A DNA stretch of 41,381 nt from a virus (Duplodnaviria; Caudoviricetes). The notes beneath the pieces are model-generated. The model was not told where the DNA came from. It saw only the letters and a program-made list of their open reading frames with translations, and made no database searches. Made by a program: the position numbers and the translations under genes. This document shows, one piece after another, positions 17,001-26,444 of the stretch. How positions within the stretch are numbered: position 1 is the first letter of the stretch; the number at the start of each line of letters is the position of its first letter. The stretch is taken from positions 1 to 41,381 of IMG/VR virus record IMGVR_UViG_3300047501_000022, one strand, 5' to 3'.

Positions 17001-18505
17001 AGTTCATTCTGTGCAAGTTCAGCTATCCCCTTCTCATGTGCTGCCCTTATCGCCGCTTCTTCTGCCAGTGCATTTAACTTCATATTCTTAATATCGGTAA
17101 TCTCCTGCAACGCCTTAGCTGTTATGCTAACCCGCTCCTGCTCTTTGGCTTCTATGGCATATTGAGTTGTCGCGTCTAGTAGGTCTTTCCTGATTTCATA
17201 ATATTTCTCTTCCGGGATATCCCCACTTACATACATCATCTCTGTTTTTTTGGTGAGGACTTCCATGTCATGCAACAACGATTCCGTTGCAGTTTTGCTT
17301 AACTCCATGCGTGCTCTTTCGTATTGCTCATTGGATCTCTTAATCTGCTGAAAGGTCGTGTCTACCCCCTCTGTGCCCGATGCACCCGCTGTTTTTTCTT
17401 TTGCTCTCTCTCTCGCGCCGGATAGAGATGGAGATTTTATATCCAACCATCCTCTGGATGCAGCCTCGGCTTCTAACTTTGCCGATGTTATGTCTTGATA
17501 TCGCTTCCTTGTTGCCTCTAAATTAGCAGCGTCCTTAACATCCAATTTCACCCCTGGCGCGGACATTGCCGCGATTTTCTTTTCCATGTCTGCCAATTGA
17601 GAAGTCATGGAGGGCCCTATTAGACCGACGACTCTAAGCAATGATTGTATGGCAGGTATCAGCAATTCAAGTATCGCATTTTTGATTTTAACGATAGTTA
17701 AATGAATATCGTCGAATGCTTCATCAAGCTTACGAGCTTCTTCTATCTGTTTTTTTGTTGCCTCGGAGCCTCCAAGCATGGCTTCTTTTAGCCCATCCAT
17801 TCCCCCGCTTGCTTTTACCAGATTCCGGTATAGGGGAACCAACTCATCGGAAGATCTTCCGAATATTTCGCGCATTATCGCTGTCTTTTCCGCGCTTGCA
17901 GGGATCTTATCCATATAAGCCAATATTTCAATAATCGTTTTGTTCATATCATCCCCTGCTTTTTTTGTGTCGATTCCCATTTGGATCATTAAGTCGCCCA
18001 CAACTTTCGCATCTTCTCCCCCTCCCATCAGCTTGGAAGAGAAAATTTGCAATGCATTCCCTACCGTTTCAAAAGTAGTGCCTCCTATTTCGGCAGCCGT
18101 CTTCATTTTGTATAGCATCGTGGTAGTCACACCTGTTGATGCAGACATGTTATCCAAATGTTCTACAAAATCTGCTCTTTCTTTTGCCATATCAAATGCT
18201 TGCTTTGCCAACCAGAGACCGGCTGTAAGTGAAGCAGCAGCAATACCGAATTTAACAAGGCTCCCCCTGGCGGTGGCCATATTTATAATTACGTCTATCA
18301 TGGCTGAATTTAATCCGCCTATTGTTGATCGAGCATTGCCGAGATTAGATATTACATCTTTCATCGATGCGCCAAGCTGTCCAGTAGCAGTAGTAGCTTT
18401 CTTTGTATTCTTTTGTAGACCATCAAGAGATGTTTCGACTTCCTTGACGCCTGAAACAGCAACCTTTCCGTCTGCTGAAATCGTTATTTTAATCTCATTT
18501 GCCAT
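14048..18505 (-). CDS. Tail tape measure protein
   Basis: 1485 aa; MANEIKITISADG start; helical; Gly-rich hydrophobic segment; C-terminal HQSGLDYVP...LHRGEAVI. Confidence 0.93.
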   Translation of the reverse strand: MANEIKITISADGKVAVSGVKEVETSLDGLQKNTKKATTATGQLGASMKDVISNLGNARSTIGGLNSAMIDVIINMATARGSLVKFGIAAASLTAGLWLAKQAFDMAKERADFVEHLDNMSASTGVTTTMLYKMKTAAEIGGTTFETVGNALQIFSSKLMGGGEDAKVVGDLMIQMGIDTKKAGDDMNKTIIEILAYMDKIPASAEKTAIMREIFGRSSDELVPLYRNLVKASGGMDGLKEAMLGGSEATKKQIEEARKLDEAFDDIHLTIVKIKNAILELLIPAIQSLLRVVGLIGPSMTSQLADMEKKIAAMSAPGVKLDVKDAANLEATRKRYQDITSAKLEAEAASRGWLDIKSPSLSGARERAKEKTAGASGTEGVDTTFQQIKRSNEQYERARMELSKTATESLLHDMEVLTKKTEMMYVSGDIPEEKYYEIRKDLLDATTQYAIEAKEQERVSITAKALQEITDIKNMKLNALAEEAAIRAAHEKGIAELAQNELEQKKLVDKAMIESDSLTKKQIIDNRERIVDEAEVLYEYEKQIASIGLESRLAAIDQEREATITLYEQGRISYESFFAELVELIEAEKQARISAIDAELEAYYDLLLVQAKAAEGNLIKQQELANQATMIYLKYAQNRMKIENDSLNENLRLNKEYFMKLGREFGGMTAAMERAWADWLTEAGNETENWYRSTEDVLDLMEDSFSELFEDALSGELESFADFFEDFSRSLNRIWAEMLVSMIKNWLTSKTNIENNPINAQAGVSGGGYTGGTGGAGISSGSIGYGGGMVDIGKIGSAGGSGVNWGGAVGGAMGIAQMAYTFATNKERGVSKGQAALTGVMQGASTGAMIGSIIPGIGTVVGAIVGGIIGLVGGLLSGGEKHVPGKISLAYSGDYLEKGHLGEEGGWQAYQKPTADKLGFTMSTESLGDMSELAKATVTAFKEEREYLKENMTKLGIATDQFNRGFQFTVSKVTEMTKEEIQARITDWLNTYATDMTMGIFNKFIKQGEGGYEAINKILLYTVEIVRSKNFEMINDLEKGFEDAKDAIRDSLELLKTGFGSMKELSEGIKKEIKEGQELTEEEALSRKSILDLINDYNAAVATGDISKAADAFDILGARIDAFYVEVNRVTTALASISIFSGKTFKNLDESIDALYKQSKTPIFDAYVDNMKKLDTALRAGDIEAATNALDGLAKSIYSLAEGALNIHQTITGFREDIKVSGMSEAEKTGYYKSEYDKTKRELATAQEEYNKAKTAGNVEGMVKFADQIETLMNTLIDQAKNLLGSEGGERYRKGIDKDLTKLDEFMTTLMADMKKISEETNAAIQDLIKNIMNDLKIAIEDLGKSLQGMDLSVFGQEILAASEKIATYTIATENASASISKLSSAAASAANALAAAANAPAHQSGLDYVPYSGYRSVLHRGEAVITAEGNKALSIIAANVAANGGSGQPIIINVSGDIAPLIKVSANVGANLAINKLRRAGTIR

Positions 18506-18515
18506 ATTGCCTTTC

Positions 18516-18851
18516 TCAGGTCTTTCCTTTTGTGTCGTTTATTCTGTTGATGTATGCACATTCATAGATCTGCAAATATCTGATGAACTCATCATCCACA
18601 TCAATACCGTAATTTCTTGCTATTGCAAAAACCACATTCCAATCAAGTGCATAAGCTCCACCGAAGCCGACACGCAATTGAGAAGAACATAACTGGAATA
18701 GATCAAGATAATCCTGGAAATCTGTGGGGATAGTGATATGGTTTTCACAATCCTCACAGATTATCTCTTTGTCTGATTTCTCGGCTGCCCTTTGACAACT
18801 CTCACAATAATCACGTCCTCCTGGCTTATGCAGCCATTGGACTATCCGGTA
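18516..18851 (-). CDS. Tail assembly chaperone frameshift extension (lambda T-like, DUF1799-like)
   Basis: Open -1 frame of 111 codons with no ATG: YRIVQWLHKPGGRDYCESC...CEDC...SSQLRVGFGGAYALDW. Confidence 0.8.
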   Translation of the reverse strand, partial: YRIVQWLHKPGGRDYCESCQRAAEKSDKEIICEDCENHITIPTDFQDYLDLFQLCSSQLRVGFGGAYALDWNVVFAIARNYGIDVDDEFIRYLQIYECAYINRINDTKGKT

Positions 18852-19231
18852 AAATTTTCTGCTTTTACCTCGTCTTCGATTTCTAGTGACTTACTGCATT
18901 CCCACAGGAAAGTATTGAGTTCCAAGTTCTGGAATATCACGTGCTTATTCTCTTCCGTGATTGCCAGCAATTCGCCTACTTCATCCCCCACACCTTCCCA
19001 AGCTTCGAGGATGTGTTCTTGAATGAGTGTCTCAAATAATTCCTCATTCACGTCTTCGACCCTCGTCGTCTTGCCTGCCTTGAATTCCGTCCTTATTTTA
19101 GAAGCCCTTTTTCTCAGTGTCTTGAGAATTGAGGACGTTACGATCCTGATCTTGAACCTGGCCCCGGAATTGCCGTATTCGAACCAACGGCCTTCATCCT
19201 CGATGTCCGCATTCTTCTTGATTTTGAGCAC
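18842..19231 (-). CDS. Tail assembly chaperone (lambda G-like), GTG start
   Basis: GGAGG RBS before GTG at 19231; EGRWF and ILEAWEGV motifs; between tube and tape measure genes. Confidence 0.82.
   Translation of the reverse strand: MLKIKKNADIEDEGRWFEYGNSGARFKIRIVTSSILKTLRKRASKIRTEFKAGKTTRVEDVNEELFETLIQEHILEAWEGVGDEVGELLAITEENKHVIFQNLELNTFLWECSKSLEIEDEVKAENFTG
18851..18857 (-). other. -1 programmed ribosomal frameshift heptamer A AAT TTT
   Basis: X XXY YYZ correctly phased, two codons before the TAG. Confidence 0.8.
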
Positions 19232-19256
19232 AAAACCTCCTTGATTTATTCCTGCG

Positions 19257-20435
19257 TTATAGCGTTGCCGATTGATTTTTGAGTTCCATCCATATCGCTG
19301 ATGCTGCTGCATCATTGTTGTAGTATGCTTCGAACGGCAACTTGACCATGATGCCCTGTGGCCCCGGCACCTCGGGGGAGTTCGGAGCATAAACGAGTTC
19401 AGGTATGTAGATCTTCAATTGTTCGTTTCCGGCCGTGCCTGCTCCAGTTCCGAGTTTGTAATATATCTCCAGACTAGACTCAGTATATCTGGATGCCTTG
19501 TGGTACACATCCATGCTCTCGAAAAGAGCATTCAGAGTCCCGGATACCCTTATCGACCCGGCAGGTATTGACCTTCTGCGACCGCCGCCTCCGATAACAT
19601 AGTTCCCACCGTCAAGGTTGTTCTCAATCGACAAAGCGTCGATTGACGAAACGATAGCGATAGTGCTACCACCCTCTTTGATGTATGAGATTGAGAATCC
19701 ATCAAATGGGGTATGTCCAGGATCGGTTACTGAAGCATCAAGCGGAGTTGTCCCGATAGTCCCGTCCGCTACTGCTGCCGCTGGCACTCCATCATCTGCC
19801 AGCACTTCGTCGTTCTGGAAATCTCCACTATGATTGAACAATACAAGCTTGCCTGTCGTCCCGTCATCCTTTTGCCCGATTATCAACGCGGTATGAGTAG
19901 ATGTCGCGCCCGTGAGTGTTGCACCAACAGTGAAGGCCGCCGACTGTGTTTTGAAATTCAAGCCTTCGCATTCGCACATCCCCATCAAGTCAATGGTCAT
20001 GTCCTGCATACCGTCTGGCTTTACGTTAATCGACAGTTTATTGATCTTCATGCCCATAAAGATCAGATACTTGGCAATATCAGTATAGCCAATCTCAAAC
20101 ATGAACGATGGCAGGGTTGCAGCGACTTTGATAGTGTGAGTATAGGGTGATCCTCCCCCTGCCGGGGTGTTAGCACCCAGTGCCCCCTTGAAAATGGTAC
20201 CCATCTGGGGGGATAACTCTGTGGGGATACTGGCTGATACCTCTACCGCTCCTCTCACTGCTTTTCGTGGGTTTCTGTCCGTTGACAGCACTTTTGAAGT
20301 AATCAATGCTCGTGACTGCTTTGGACTGCCGGATATGAACGGCAATTTTTTCATATCAACAGATGCTGGTACAGTCCCATAAGTCGTTTCCTCTTGATAC
20401 GCCAATACTGCACTAGTTCCTTGAGCTTGCGCCAT
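19257..20435 (-). CDS. Major tail tube protein with an inserted domain
   Basis: EETTYGTVP, LPSFMFE, IENNLD, VSGTL motifs. Confidence 0.88.
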   Translation of the reverse strand: MAQAQGTSAVLAYQEETTYGTVPASVDMKKLPFISGSPKQSRALITSKVLSTDRNPRKAVRGAVEVSASIPTELSPQMGTIFKGALGANTPAGGGSPYTHTIKVAATLPSFMFEIGYTDIAKYLIFMGMKINKLSINVKPDGMQDMTIDLMGMCECEGLNFKTQSAAFTVGATLTGATSTHTALIIGQKDDGTTGKLVLFNHSGDFQNDEVLADDGVPAAAVADGTIGTTPLDASVTDPGHTPFDGFSISYIKEGGSTIAIVSSIDALSIENNLDGGNYVIGGGGRRRSIPAGSIRVSGTLNALFESMDVYHKASRYTESSLEIYYKLGTGAGTAGNEQLKIYIPELVYAPNSPEVPGPQGIMVKLPFEAYYNNDAAASAIWMELKNQSATL

Positions 20436-20456
20436 TGTTTTATTCCTCCTCTTGAA

Positions 20457-20918
20457 TTATATTCGTTCTACAACCGCCAAAAACATCTCTGCATAATGAC
20501 AGAGTACATCACCAAACATTCTGGCATCGATCATTTCATGCTGAATGAATTGATGATATATACATGCACCGTTCAAAGTCATATCTGCTCTGAATGCAGC
20601 CGATATAGCTTCCAACAATGCAGTGAATGTCTTTTCCGTCGCTGCTGAATCTTGTATGCTCATATATCCCGTTATGCGATAGTTATGAGTGATCTGATTC
20701 GCATTATTATTTATTCCAAGTATTATTTTCTCTTCTGCTGCCGACTTCCTGCCTATTTCCCAACCCCTGACCTGCGGGATTCCCCCGATGGTTGTCTTAA
20801 AAAAAGAAATGAATTTACTCCAATCTACCGCCCATCTTTCGTAATCGTGCACCATGCCGATGTCTGGTATGGCATAAAGGATATTGTAGATCCCGACCCT
20901 GATCGCCACTTCACTCAT
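20457..20918 (-). CDS. Tail terminator/completion protein
   Basis: Position before the tube gene; VHDYERW, FRADMTLNG, GDVLCHYAE. Confidence 0.65.
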   Translation of the reverse strand: MSEVAIRVGIYNILYAIPDIGMVHDYERWAVDWSKFISFFKTTIGGIPQVRGWEIGRKSAAEEKIILGINNNANQITHNYRITGYMSIQDSAATEKTFTALLEAISAAFRADMTLNGACIYHQFIQHEMIDARMFGDVLCHYAEMFLAVVERI

Positions 20919-21463
20919 TTGTTAAGCCTCCCTACTATCGTGCCTTCAATTTTCGCCCTTATCCTATCCATGACGGGCATGCTAACTTCCAGCCCCTTCT
21001 TGAACATCCATGCTCCCTCGAAGCCCTTCTGTCCTATTTTTCGCCTTATAACAAATTCCAAACTTTTCGCCATAGCGGCAGGGGAAAGCTTCTTTCTGGA
21101 TTTGATGTGCTGTGTCTTTCCCCACATGTTCATCTTGACCTGTATCCATCTGAGCAGTGATCCTTCCGGCGGCCATTTCTTTCCAGGCGCCCTGCCTTTC
21201 TCAATTACTTCAGCGTATTTGTTCGATGATGCAACCTGTCCCATTACAAGCGGGGTGCCCCTACCTATTACCTCCCCCTGAATGCTCCCCAGCAATCCCT
21301 TGCCTTGTGCTCCATATACTCCTCGAGGGGTAAGCCGTTTGACATTCTTCAGCAGCAACTCCATACTCTCGGTTATGATAGATGTCAAGGCATCATTGAT
21401 GATCTCACTGCCTTTGCCTGAAAGCAAACTCCCTTTTGTGCTTATCGTGACCTTATATTCCAT
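20915..21463 (-). CDS. HK97 gp10-like neck/tail completion protein
   Basis: TPRG...GLLGSI, YAEVIEKGRAPG, PP, IRRKIGQKG. Confidence 0.75.
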   Translation of the reverse strand: MEYKVTISTKGSLLSGKGSEIINDALTSIITESMELLLKNVKRLTPRGVYGAQGKGLLGSIQGEVIGRGTPLVMGQVASSNKYAEVIEKGRAPGKKWPPEGSLLRWIQVKMNMWGKTQHIKSRKKLSPAAMAKSLEFVIRRKIGQKGFEGAWMFKKGLEVSMPVMDRIRAKIEGTIVGRLNK

Positions 21464-21478
21464 GCCCTACCCTTACTA

Positions 21479-21522
21479 TGTCTTCCCTGTCATTAATCGA
21501 TCCTGGGCCATCCTTGTAAGCC
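21479..21522. repeat. Dispersed 44-bp element, copy 2
   Basis: Intergenic; 37/44 identical to 4230-4273. Confidence 0.8.
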
Positions 21523-21525
21523 ATA

Positions 21526-22209
21526 TTACCTGTTTTCCCTCCACCACCGAGGGTGTGTCAGCCTTGCCCCACCTCCTGGGTATTTGAGATCCATATCACT
21601 CGTAACTATCGCCGCGAGGGTGGATGCATCGTCTTTTATGCCCATGTGTTCCTTATAAAGATCCCTGAATCTTTTCGCGCGATACCCGAAATCGGAAGCC
21701 TTGCTCCTGTAATTCACGGCATCGGCAGAAATCGTAGAGTCTCCTGTCTGTGCGAACGCATTGGCAAGTTGTTCCAGACAGCATGATGCGGCCAAATTGC
21801 ATAGTGCATCTGCATCGTTATCGAGTATGGTCAAGTCGGTACGTGGAATCGTAAACGAAATGAGGAAAGTTTCCGTAATAGCTGGAGAATAATAAAGCAA
21901 CCTTACTTTTTTGACTGTCGTCGTTTGATATATCAGATATTCATCATCATCAAGATAATCAGTCGGCACATTGTCGACGGGATATTCAATCAATAGGATT
22001 CTGGAGAATCCATCTATCCATCCCTCCGGCAAAGTATAATCATGAGTAGCATTGCCGGTTGTGCTGGCCACCTTACAATCAGGCCTATGCCGAGAATATG
22101 CCTGGATGGCGGCATTAAGGCTGATCTCTATATCATCATCCGTTATTTTACCGGAATCATCCTTGATCTTTGATACAATCAAATTCTTAAGAGTAATCCA
22201 ATTACTCAT
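21526..22209 (-). CDS. Head-tail adaptor protein (likely start MSNWITL)
   Basis: Position; helix-beta-helix layout; GGGGG upstream of ATG at 22209. Confidence 0.62.
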   Translation of the reverse strand: MSNWITLKNLIVSKIKDDSGKITDDDIEISLNAAIQAYSRHRPDCKVASTTGNATHDYTLPEGWIDGFSRILLIEYPVDNVPTDYLDDDEYLIYQTTTVKKVRLLYYSPAITETFLISFTIPRTDLTILDNDADALCNLAASCCLEQLANAFAQTGDSTISADAVNYRSKASDFGYRAKRFRDLYKEHMGIKDDASTLAAIVTSDMDLKYPGGGARLTHPRWWRENR

Positions 22210-22633
22210 CGAATACCCCCTTTTCCATCGCATATGCAAGTTCCTGCGCCCTGAGTCCGACCTGTGCCGCCCATTGGCTGTGACGCATTTCTTTCGCAGC
22301 CTCGATGTAGTCTCCGGTTTCGATAGCCTTGATCATTTTTTTGAATTTCTTCAGTCTGGTTATCCCGAGGTTGAAACACATCTCGATTAAGACTTCCATT
22401 CTTATGTTATCATACAAAGACAGAATATAAGCACAAGGGACCTCACGAATGAGTTCGGCATGACACCGTTCAATGTCGTTCTCAAGCATGATCATAGCCT
22501 CTTCTTCAGATATTCCGTTATCTTCTATGTTTCGCCCAACCCCTATAGTGAGCTTGCCGGAGCTGCATAGATAAGGGAAAAGTTCCATGCTTTCGTGTTT
22601 GATTATCCTTTTTGCTAAAGATTCTGTGCTCAT
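22202..22633 (-). CDS. T4-type lysozyme (GH24)
   Basis: IKHES...PYLCSSGKLTIGVGRN, MCFNLG, SQWAAQVGLRA. Confidence 0.9.
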   Translation of the reverse strand: MSTESLAKRIIKHESMELFPYLCSSGKLTIGVGRNIEDNGISEEEAMIMLENDIERCHAELIREVPCAYILSLYDNIRMEVLIEMCFNLGITRLKKFKKMIKAIETGDYIEAAKEMRHSQWAAQVGLRAQELAYAMEKGVFDE

Positions 22634-23010
22634 ATAACCTTACATTCTACCCAATCTTCAAACTTCTGCCCTGTCGTAGTTACGACTTTTATCTTGATGA
22701 TATACATCGTATCGGCAGTCCCGGCTTTAATCCGATACAGCGCCTTAGTCGTTCCAACGTCCACATTAGTTATCATGGCTGTAGAAGCGTCCACTCCGCT
22801 ACTCTTCACGTAACACTTTACAGTAGTGCTTGCCAATGTCTCCCCGGCTTGCAACCAATTAGCAAAATCATGATATCTGTGAAACTCCTCATATTCGGTT
22901 TTCGTGAATATTCCGGAGGCCTGTACTTGTACGGTCAATGCCAACAAAATGAATACTGTCTGGCAGATTGTGCATATGATTTTCGTTGCGCGAGTTATGC
23001 GTTTCTTCAT
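22630..23010 (-). CDS. Fibre adaptor-like beta protein with signal peptide
   Basis: Leader ending VQVQA; mature part FTK...DFANWL..GETLAS...GTA...Y...VVTTTG resembles phage fibre-tail adaptor proteins. Confidence 0.65.
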   Translation of the reverse strand: MKKRITRATKIICTICQTVFILLALTVQVQASGIFTKTEYEEFHRYHDFANWLQAGETLASTTVKCYVKSSGVDASTAMITNVDVGTTKALYRIKAGTADTMYIIKIKVVTTTGQKFEDWVECKVI

Positions 23011-25802
23011 ATTGCCCTCACTTCATGCCCAAAACTTCTACTTCCAGTTTCATTCCCAAAGGTTCTGCTTCCGACTGAATCACCATTGCCCTCTTCCCAG
23101 GGCGATGCTCCTTGAATAATTGCTGCTGTCTGAAAGGCAATCTCTGCATTCTTATATCCTGTGCCTGTTACCTCCGATACATACGTCATAACAGACGACC
23201 CGGATAAGGTCAAAGCGCTGTAACCTGAGATTATTGAAGCATGAGCCATGCCGGATGCCGCGGTTAATATCAAGGCATCTGTAGAAGTCTTGTGATTCGT
23301 TGATGCCATGTCGGAAGTCCCGGTTAAGATCATGACGTCTGTTGATGCCTTGAAGGTTGTTGATGCTATGCCGGAGGCCCCGGATAATGCCAGAGTATCT
23401 GTCGATGCCTTGTAAGATGATAATGCTATGTCTGCAGTTCCTGTTGTTGTCAAAGTGCTGTAAGCCGAGATCAACGACGTATGGGTTATCGATGAGATGA
23501 CAGTTATGGTTAAAGCATCAGGTGCCGAAGGGACCGTGGTGGCTGAGAAAACAATATCAGATGTACCTGCCAATGTTTCAATATCAGAAGATGATTTATG
23601 ATTGATTGATGCTATCGCTGATGTGCCAGATAATGCCAGAGTATCGGAAGATGCTTTGTATTTGGTTGATGTTATATCGGAAGTCCCTGCCATCGTTAGG
23701 GCACTGTAAGCCAAAATTATCGATGCCTGAGTTATTGATGAAGCCCCTGACAATGACAAAGAACTATAGATAGAGGCCAGAGATGTATGAGTTATCTCTG
23801 AGGTTCCGGTAAGAGTTAACGCCCCTTCAAGGGCACCTGGTATTTCTCCAATTACAGCCATTCCCGATGTTCCGGAAAGAGCGAGGGTATCATAACTGCC
23901 CTTCGTGACAGCCTGGGTTATTCCTGAAGTCCCGGGTAATGTTAACGCATCTGTTGAGCTTTTGTAGTTTGTTAATGCTATGGTTGATGTGCCCGCCAAG
24001 GTCAGAGTGCCTATTGATGCTTTGTAGTTTGTTGAGGTCATCCCCGAGGTGCCAGCCAATGCTAAGGCATCTGCCGACGTTTTATATTTCGTCGATGTCA
24101 TCCCCGAGGTGCCTGCCATAGACAACGTATCCGAAGATGCTTTGTAGTTTGTTGAGGTCATCCCTGAGGTACCAGCCAATGTCAACGCACTATAATTCAG
24201 AACTATCGATGCCTGGGTTATTGTTGATGTGCTTGCCAATGTCAATGTATTCGAAGATGCTTTGTAATCCGTTGAGGTCATCGCTGATGTGCCAGATAAT
24301 GCCAAAGTGTCTGTCGATGCCTTGTAATTCGTTGCTGTCATCCCGGAGGTGCCTGACAAAGTCAGAGCACTATAAGCTTTGATTATGGATGCATGTGTTA
24401 TTGCTGATGTGCCTGCTAAGGTCAAAGTACGACGATAATTTATGGCAGATACAGTAAAAGTGGGAGTTGCCACAATCTGAGCAGCAAGAGTTACAGCCGA
24501 TGCTGGTATTGTAGCCGTGATCGTTTCTGTGGCTTCTATGTCATATCCGGTAAAGGCCGGCAGCGTGATCGTTACAACAGTATCGCTTGTTCTTGCAACC
24601 GCAGTATAAGTTAACCCCGCTTTCACTACGGCGTCCCATCCGGCAGCTTCAGCCTGCGCAGAGTCAATTCCTGCAATGAGAGCAGTTGTGATAGCGTTAT
24701 CAGCTCCTACCGTTGCTACCCACGTGTCTCCCGTGAGGGTGAGAATGATGGTTTTGCCGCCTGCCACAATGTTTGCTTCGATGGTTGATGATGTTATGGT
24801 CCCGGTAAGCGCTGCGGTTCCTGCTGTTGATATATACTCATCCGCCCCGATGTCCCAAGTGCTTGTTCTGGCGACACCATCTATGTCGTCCGAATACAAT
24901 CCAGACCCTGGATTGTCCATCCCATAATCCATAGCCCCCGCATCACTACTTTGTAGATGGAAGTCCTCCGTCCCAGCGTCGGTGTTGACAAAGGAGAAGG
25001 TTTGAGAAACCCTGTCTCCCGTACTGCCTCCAGTAACAGTGTAATTTAAAGTGGAACCATTTGTAGCATTATAGCCTGAACCCGAAGCATAAGTGCCTAC
25101 TTCAAAATTGGCATTGCATTCATATAAAATATTATTTATTGCCTGAGATCCGCTTGAAATACGCACCGCTGAAACAGCCTGTTTCGCTATCGTATTATTA
25201 AAAATAAATACATTACTAACATCCCCGCTAAAATAAATACCTCTCGAATTTCCGTAAAATATATTATTCCAGATATAAATATAGCTAATTGTTCCTGATG
25301 AATATACAGATTCACTGCCAGAATTATCTATAGTTTTTATTATATTTTTACTTAAAAACACATATGATACTCCTGTGTATATTGTGACAATATCTGCTCC
25401 TCCAGTGCCTCGAATTTGCAACCCTTCTTGGTGATAATTGCTCTCTTTTATTGTTATAGCCGCTCCGCTTGCTATCTCAAGTCTATACTTCCCCGCATTC
25501 CACTTCCCATCGTGCATAGCCGTCGCATCAGTATAGACATTGATATAGTAAGCGGCTGATGTCGTCCAGCCGTCTATAGTTACTGCTGTTGTATCAGCGC
25601 TTGACCACGTGCCCGTAATCTTTGCATTCTCAATAGCGGAAAGCGTTCCTCCATCCTGTCCGTCCTCCCAGGATGCAAGAGTTGTGTAATTGCCTCCGGA
25701 AGGTGCAATGGTGCATTCGGTTCCACCGCAGTTAGCAGCAGCGAAGACCTGAGAAGGCAGGAAGGCGAGCAATAGAAATAGAAAGAATATAAGTTTCTTC
25801 AT
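23007..25802 (-). CDS. Secreted fibre/adhesin-like protein: beta-helix head and 21 x 20-aa repeat stalk (likely start MKKLIFF)
   Basis: Signal peptide ending QVFA; IWNNIFY/IFNNTI beta-helix repeats; DFHL...DIDG.AR...DIGADEY. Confidence 0.8.
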   Translation of the reverse strand: MKKLIFFLFLLLAFLPSQVFAAANCGGTECTIAPSGGNYTTLASWEDGQDGGTLSAIENAKITGTWSSADTTAVTIDGWTTSAAYYINVYTDATAMHDGKWNAGKYRLEIASGAAITIKESNYHQEGLQIRGTGGADIVTIYTGVSYVFLSKNIIKTIDNSGSESVYSSGTISYIYIWNNIFYGNSRGIYFSGDVSNVFIFNNTIAKQAVSAVRISSGSQAINNILYECNANFEVGTYASGSGYNATNGSTLNYTVTGGSTGDRVSQTFSFVNTDAGTEDFHLQSSDAGAMDYGMDNPGSGLYSDDIDGVARTSTWDIGADEYISTAGTAALTGTITSSTIEANIVAGGKTIILTLTGDTWVATVGADNAITTALIAGIDSAQAEAAGWDAVVKAGLTYTAVARTSDTVVTITLPAFTGYDIEATETITATIPASAVTLAAQIVATPTFTVSAINYRRTLTLAGTSAITHASIIKAYSALTLSGTSGMTATNYKASTDTLALSGTSAMTSTDYKASSNTLTLASTSTITQASIVLNYSALTLAGTSGMTSTNYKASSDTLSMAGTSGMTSTKYKTSADALALAGTSGMTSTNYKASIGTLTLAGTSTIALTNYKSSTDALTLPGTSGITQAVTKGSYDTLALSGTSGMAVIGEIPGALEGALTLTGTSEITHTSLASIYSSLSLSGASSITQASIILAYSALTMAGTSDITSTKYKASSDTLALSGTSAIASINHKSSSDIETLAGTSDIVFSATTVPSAPDALTITVISSITHTSLISAYSTLTTTGTADIALSSYKASTDTLALSGASGIASTTFKASTDVMILTGTSDMASTNHKTSTDALILTAASGMAHASIISGYSALTLSGSSVMTYVSEVTGTGYKNAEIAFQTAAIIQGASPWEEGNGDSVGSRTFGNETGSRSFGHEVRAI
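23164..24435 (-). repeat. Coding tandem repeat, ~60-bp period, 21 units (consensus xDTLTLxGTSxxTxTxYKAS)
   Basis: Counted from the translation. Confidence 0.88.
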
Positions 25803-25919
25803 CCTACTCGATTCCCTCAATTTCAATCGGATCATAGACATTATCAAGATCTATCTCTTCAATCCATTCTGTGATTTTTCCAGTAGAATAAATCACTTCT
25901 ATATGTTTAATGCACATTT

Positions 25920-26444
25920 TCATTCTAAGTTTGCAGTCTCATCAAGGTTGGTATACTGATTTCTGATGTATGTCTTGATCTGATTCCATGTATAATCATA
26001 GCTCCCCGTATAAGCAGCAGCAGCCTTGATGATAAGTTGATGATTATTAAGGAACTTATCCTTTGCTCCCTGTGGAAGGTCTGCCCATCTCAATTTCCAC
26101 AGACGAGGCATTTTGATAGGGAATCTTCCGTTAACATCAGGATTATCCCAGTCGTAATAAATTTGCAGATACTTTTCCATCTTTGAGCATGATATGAGAG
26201 GAACCTTGATGTAGACATAATTCGGCCATGTCTCCTGATCTCCCCATACATGGCCGTCAGGCTGGCAGACGATAGGGAATCCCCTCTTTCCAACACCCCG
26301 TACATTCTCGATAGGATCAGTGTGGGTCTTATCCACAGCCCTTAGCAGGAGTTCTCCTGCATCGCAAATCGAGAACATCAGGAGCGTCACTATCAAAATG
26401 ACGCCCCTCAATGTCAGACAGAATGTCAGCATTCGATTCTTCAT
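25920..26444 (-). CDS. Hypothetical protein with signal peptide
   Basis: MKNR + hydrophobic region ending ICDA; mature part ELLLRA...KRGFPIV..PDGHVWG. Confidence 0.7.
   Translation of the reverse strand: MKNRMLTFCLTLRGVILIVTLLMFSICDAGELLLRAVDKTHTDPIENVRGVGKRGFPIVCQPDGHVWGDQETWPNYVYIKVPLISCSKMEKYLQIYYDWDNPDVNGRFPIKMPRLWKLRWADLPQGAKDKFLNNHQLIIKAAAAYTGSYDYTWNQIKTYIRNQYTNLDETANLE

Noticed and set aside
23164-24435. CRISPR-like array (60-bp periodicity)
   Set aside because: Repeats are degenerate, in frame and protein coding, with no repeat-spacer alternation
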